A DNA stretch of 63,871 bases, the filler included, from Octopus bimaculoides (lineage: Eukaryota), in NCBI RefSeq assembly GCF_001194135.2. It is 7 parts of 5 records of this genome, joined end to end, with 100 filler letters (N's around TTAATTAATTAA, not from the genome) between each part and the next. Parts side by side here need not be neighbours in the genome. Positions count along the whole stretch, not along the records: positions 60,111 to 62,547 come from NC_068987.1; positions 62,648 to 63,871 come from NC_068985.1; 5 more parts are not named here. One strand, given 5' to 3'. The translations under genes were made by a program, and so were the position numbers. The notes under the pieces were generated by a model. The model ran no database searches. It saw only the letters and a program-made list of their open reading frames with translations, and was not told where the DNA came from. This document shows positions 62,491 through 63,871 of the stretch, in pieces (the stretch's first letter is position 1; every line of letters begins with the position of its first letter).

Positions 62491-63129
62491 TTCTTCTTCT
62501 TCTTCTTCTTCTTCTTCTTCTTCTTCTTCTTCTTCTTCTTCTCCTTCNNNNNNNNNNNNNNNNNNNNNNNNNNNNNNNNNNNNNNNNNNNNTTAATTAAT
62601 TAANNNNNNNNNNNNNNNNNNNNNNNNNNNNNNNNNNNNNNNNNNNNAGATTGGGATAGTGAAATTTCCATTCACTTAACCATGAAACGATTCGTATCCA
62701 ATTAACTAAAGGCTTGGTTTGTTTACGCTTTTCCCTCCGGTTTTTTGTTTTATGTGTGCCATAAATATCGCCATCCACTTTAGAGAAAATTTGTAGTTTG
62801 GAATCAGTAGTTCTTTGACTGCTATTTCTAAATTTTCAGTATGTTGGAGAAGCAACTCAATTGCTAATCCCTGTATATTTATAATGATAAATAGTCTTAC
62901 CGATAAAGGTTTTTTTCATACTGAACTACTTGGAAGAATTGTTAATTATTAATTCTATTATTAATTGACGATTCTCTGCCCTTATTCTTGTATATTTTAT
63001 ATAATATATATATTTACATTACGTCATCAAGTATGAAATTTGTAGTAAGGTATATGGTAAACTTTGACAGTTGCTCATTTTGCGCTGTTATTATAATTTG
63101 ACAATCTTTATTTTTTGTTAGAAAGCTGA

Positions 63130-63871
63130 CACATCTAGTTCTTTATTCTAATTCCTTTTGCGCTTTATAAAGTATCTATAAATCGTTTTTTTTTTGTTTG
63201 TTTTTTTTTTTTGCTATTTTTGTTTAGAGATGTATAAGTCTATCAAATTCGTAGTTTTGAAATTTGAGTTCCTTGTTGGAAATACAGCATCACAGACAGC
63301 ACGGAATATTAATCAAATTGGTTTCAAAATTTCGTTCTAGTAACTTTGACCTCACAAATGAGCAACGCGGTCGACCAGAAACAAAGGTGGATAATGACGA
63401 CTTGAAAGCCACCCTCGAGTCAGATCCATCGCAAAGTGTCCGTGAATTATCGCTGTTGTTTTGGTGTTAGCAAGCAAACAATATTGACTCATCTAGTTCA
63501 AATCGGTTAAGTGAAAAAGTTGGATAAGTGGGTTCCATATGAACTCAATGAAATCAGAAACAGCAACGTTTGGAAGCCTGCATTATGCTACTTTCTCGTC
63601 ACAAAAAATGAATAATTTTTAAATCGAATTGTAACATGTGATGAGAAATGGATCTAATGCAACAACCGTAAACGTTCAGCGCAATGTTTGGACAAAGACG
63701 AGCCATCAAAACAGTCCAAAAGCAAAATTCATCATATGAAGCTGATGGTGTGTGTTTTTTGGTCTGGGGCAGGTGTGATCCATTATGATTTCATTAAACC
63801 TGGCTCATCATTCATGGCCGAAGTATACTGCAGCCAACTGGACCAAATGATACAGAAACTTACCAAAAAAA
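63130..63871 (+). mobile_element. Degenerate mariner transposase remnant running off the window end
   Basis: Pieces: RGRPETKVDNDDLKA, a WVPHEL-like stretch, RIVTCDEKW and KLMVCVFWSGAGVIHYDFIKPG...YCSQLDQM, with many stops and frameshifts. Confidence 0.85.

Overview
AT-rich, repeat-saturated animal genomic DNA from a draft assembly, with many N-gaps and six TTAATTAATTAA scaffold linkers. The SINE/LINE repertoire and microsatellite density point to a coleoid cephalopod, probably Octopus (inference). The only host gene I can support is a minus-strand CLIP-170/CLIP1 (restin, CLIP-190)-like gene. Five phase-compatible coiled-coil exons (39071-44572) give a recognisable CLIP peptide. Three further candidate exons (a 116-nt exon plus 27-nt and 33-nt micro-exons) have strong splice sites but no CLIP similarity I can recognise. 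Neither CAP-Gly nor C-terminal zinc-knuckle exons were found, so most of the window is probably intron. The rest is transposon debris: RTE, CR1-like and RLE-type (HERO-like, R4/Dong-like) LINEs, an old Ty3/Gypsy element, Penelope-like elements (PLEs), mariner/Tc1/Tigger remnants, Helitron pieces, several tRNA-derived SINE families and minisatellites. The most interesting signals are: (i) a textbook type I hammerhead ribozyme at 20800-20893 (-) and a second complete core at 62442-62487 (-), both on the host pre-mRNA strand; (ii) a short repeat family that joins a tRNA-derived Pol III head to a hammerhead module; (iii) candidate CLIP micro-exons and an alternative upstream exon; (iv) spacer-less palindromes; and (v) a cluster of unrelated minisatellites packed around the CLIP exons. 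Repeat boundaries are approximate (read by eye); exon, ribozyme and palindrome coordinates were counted base by base.
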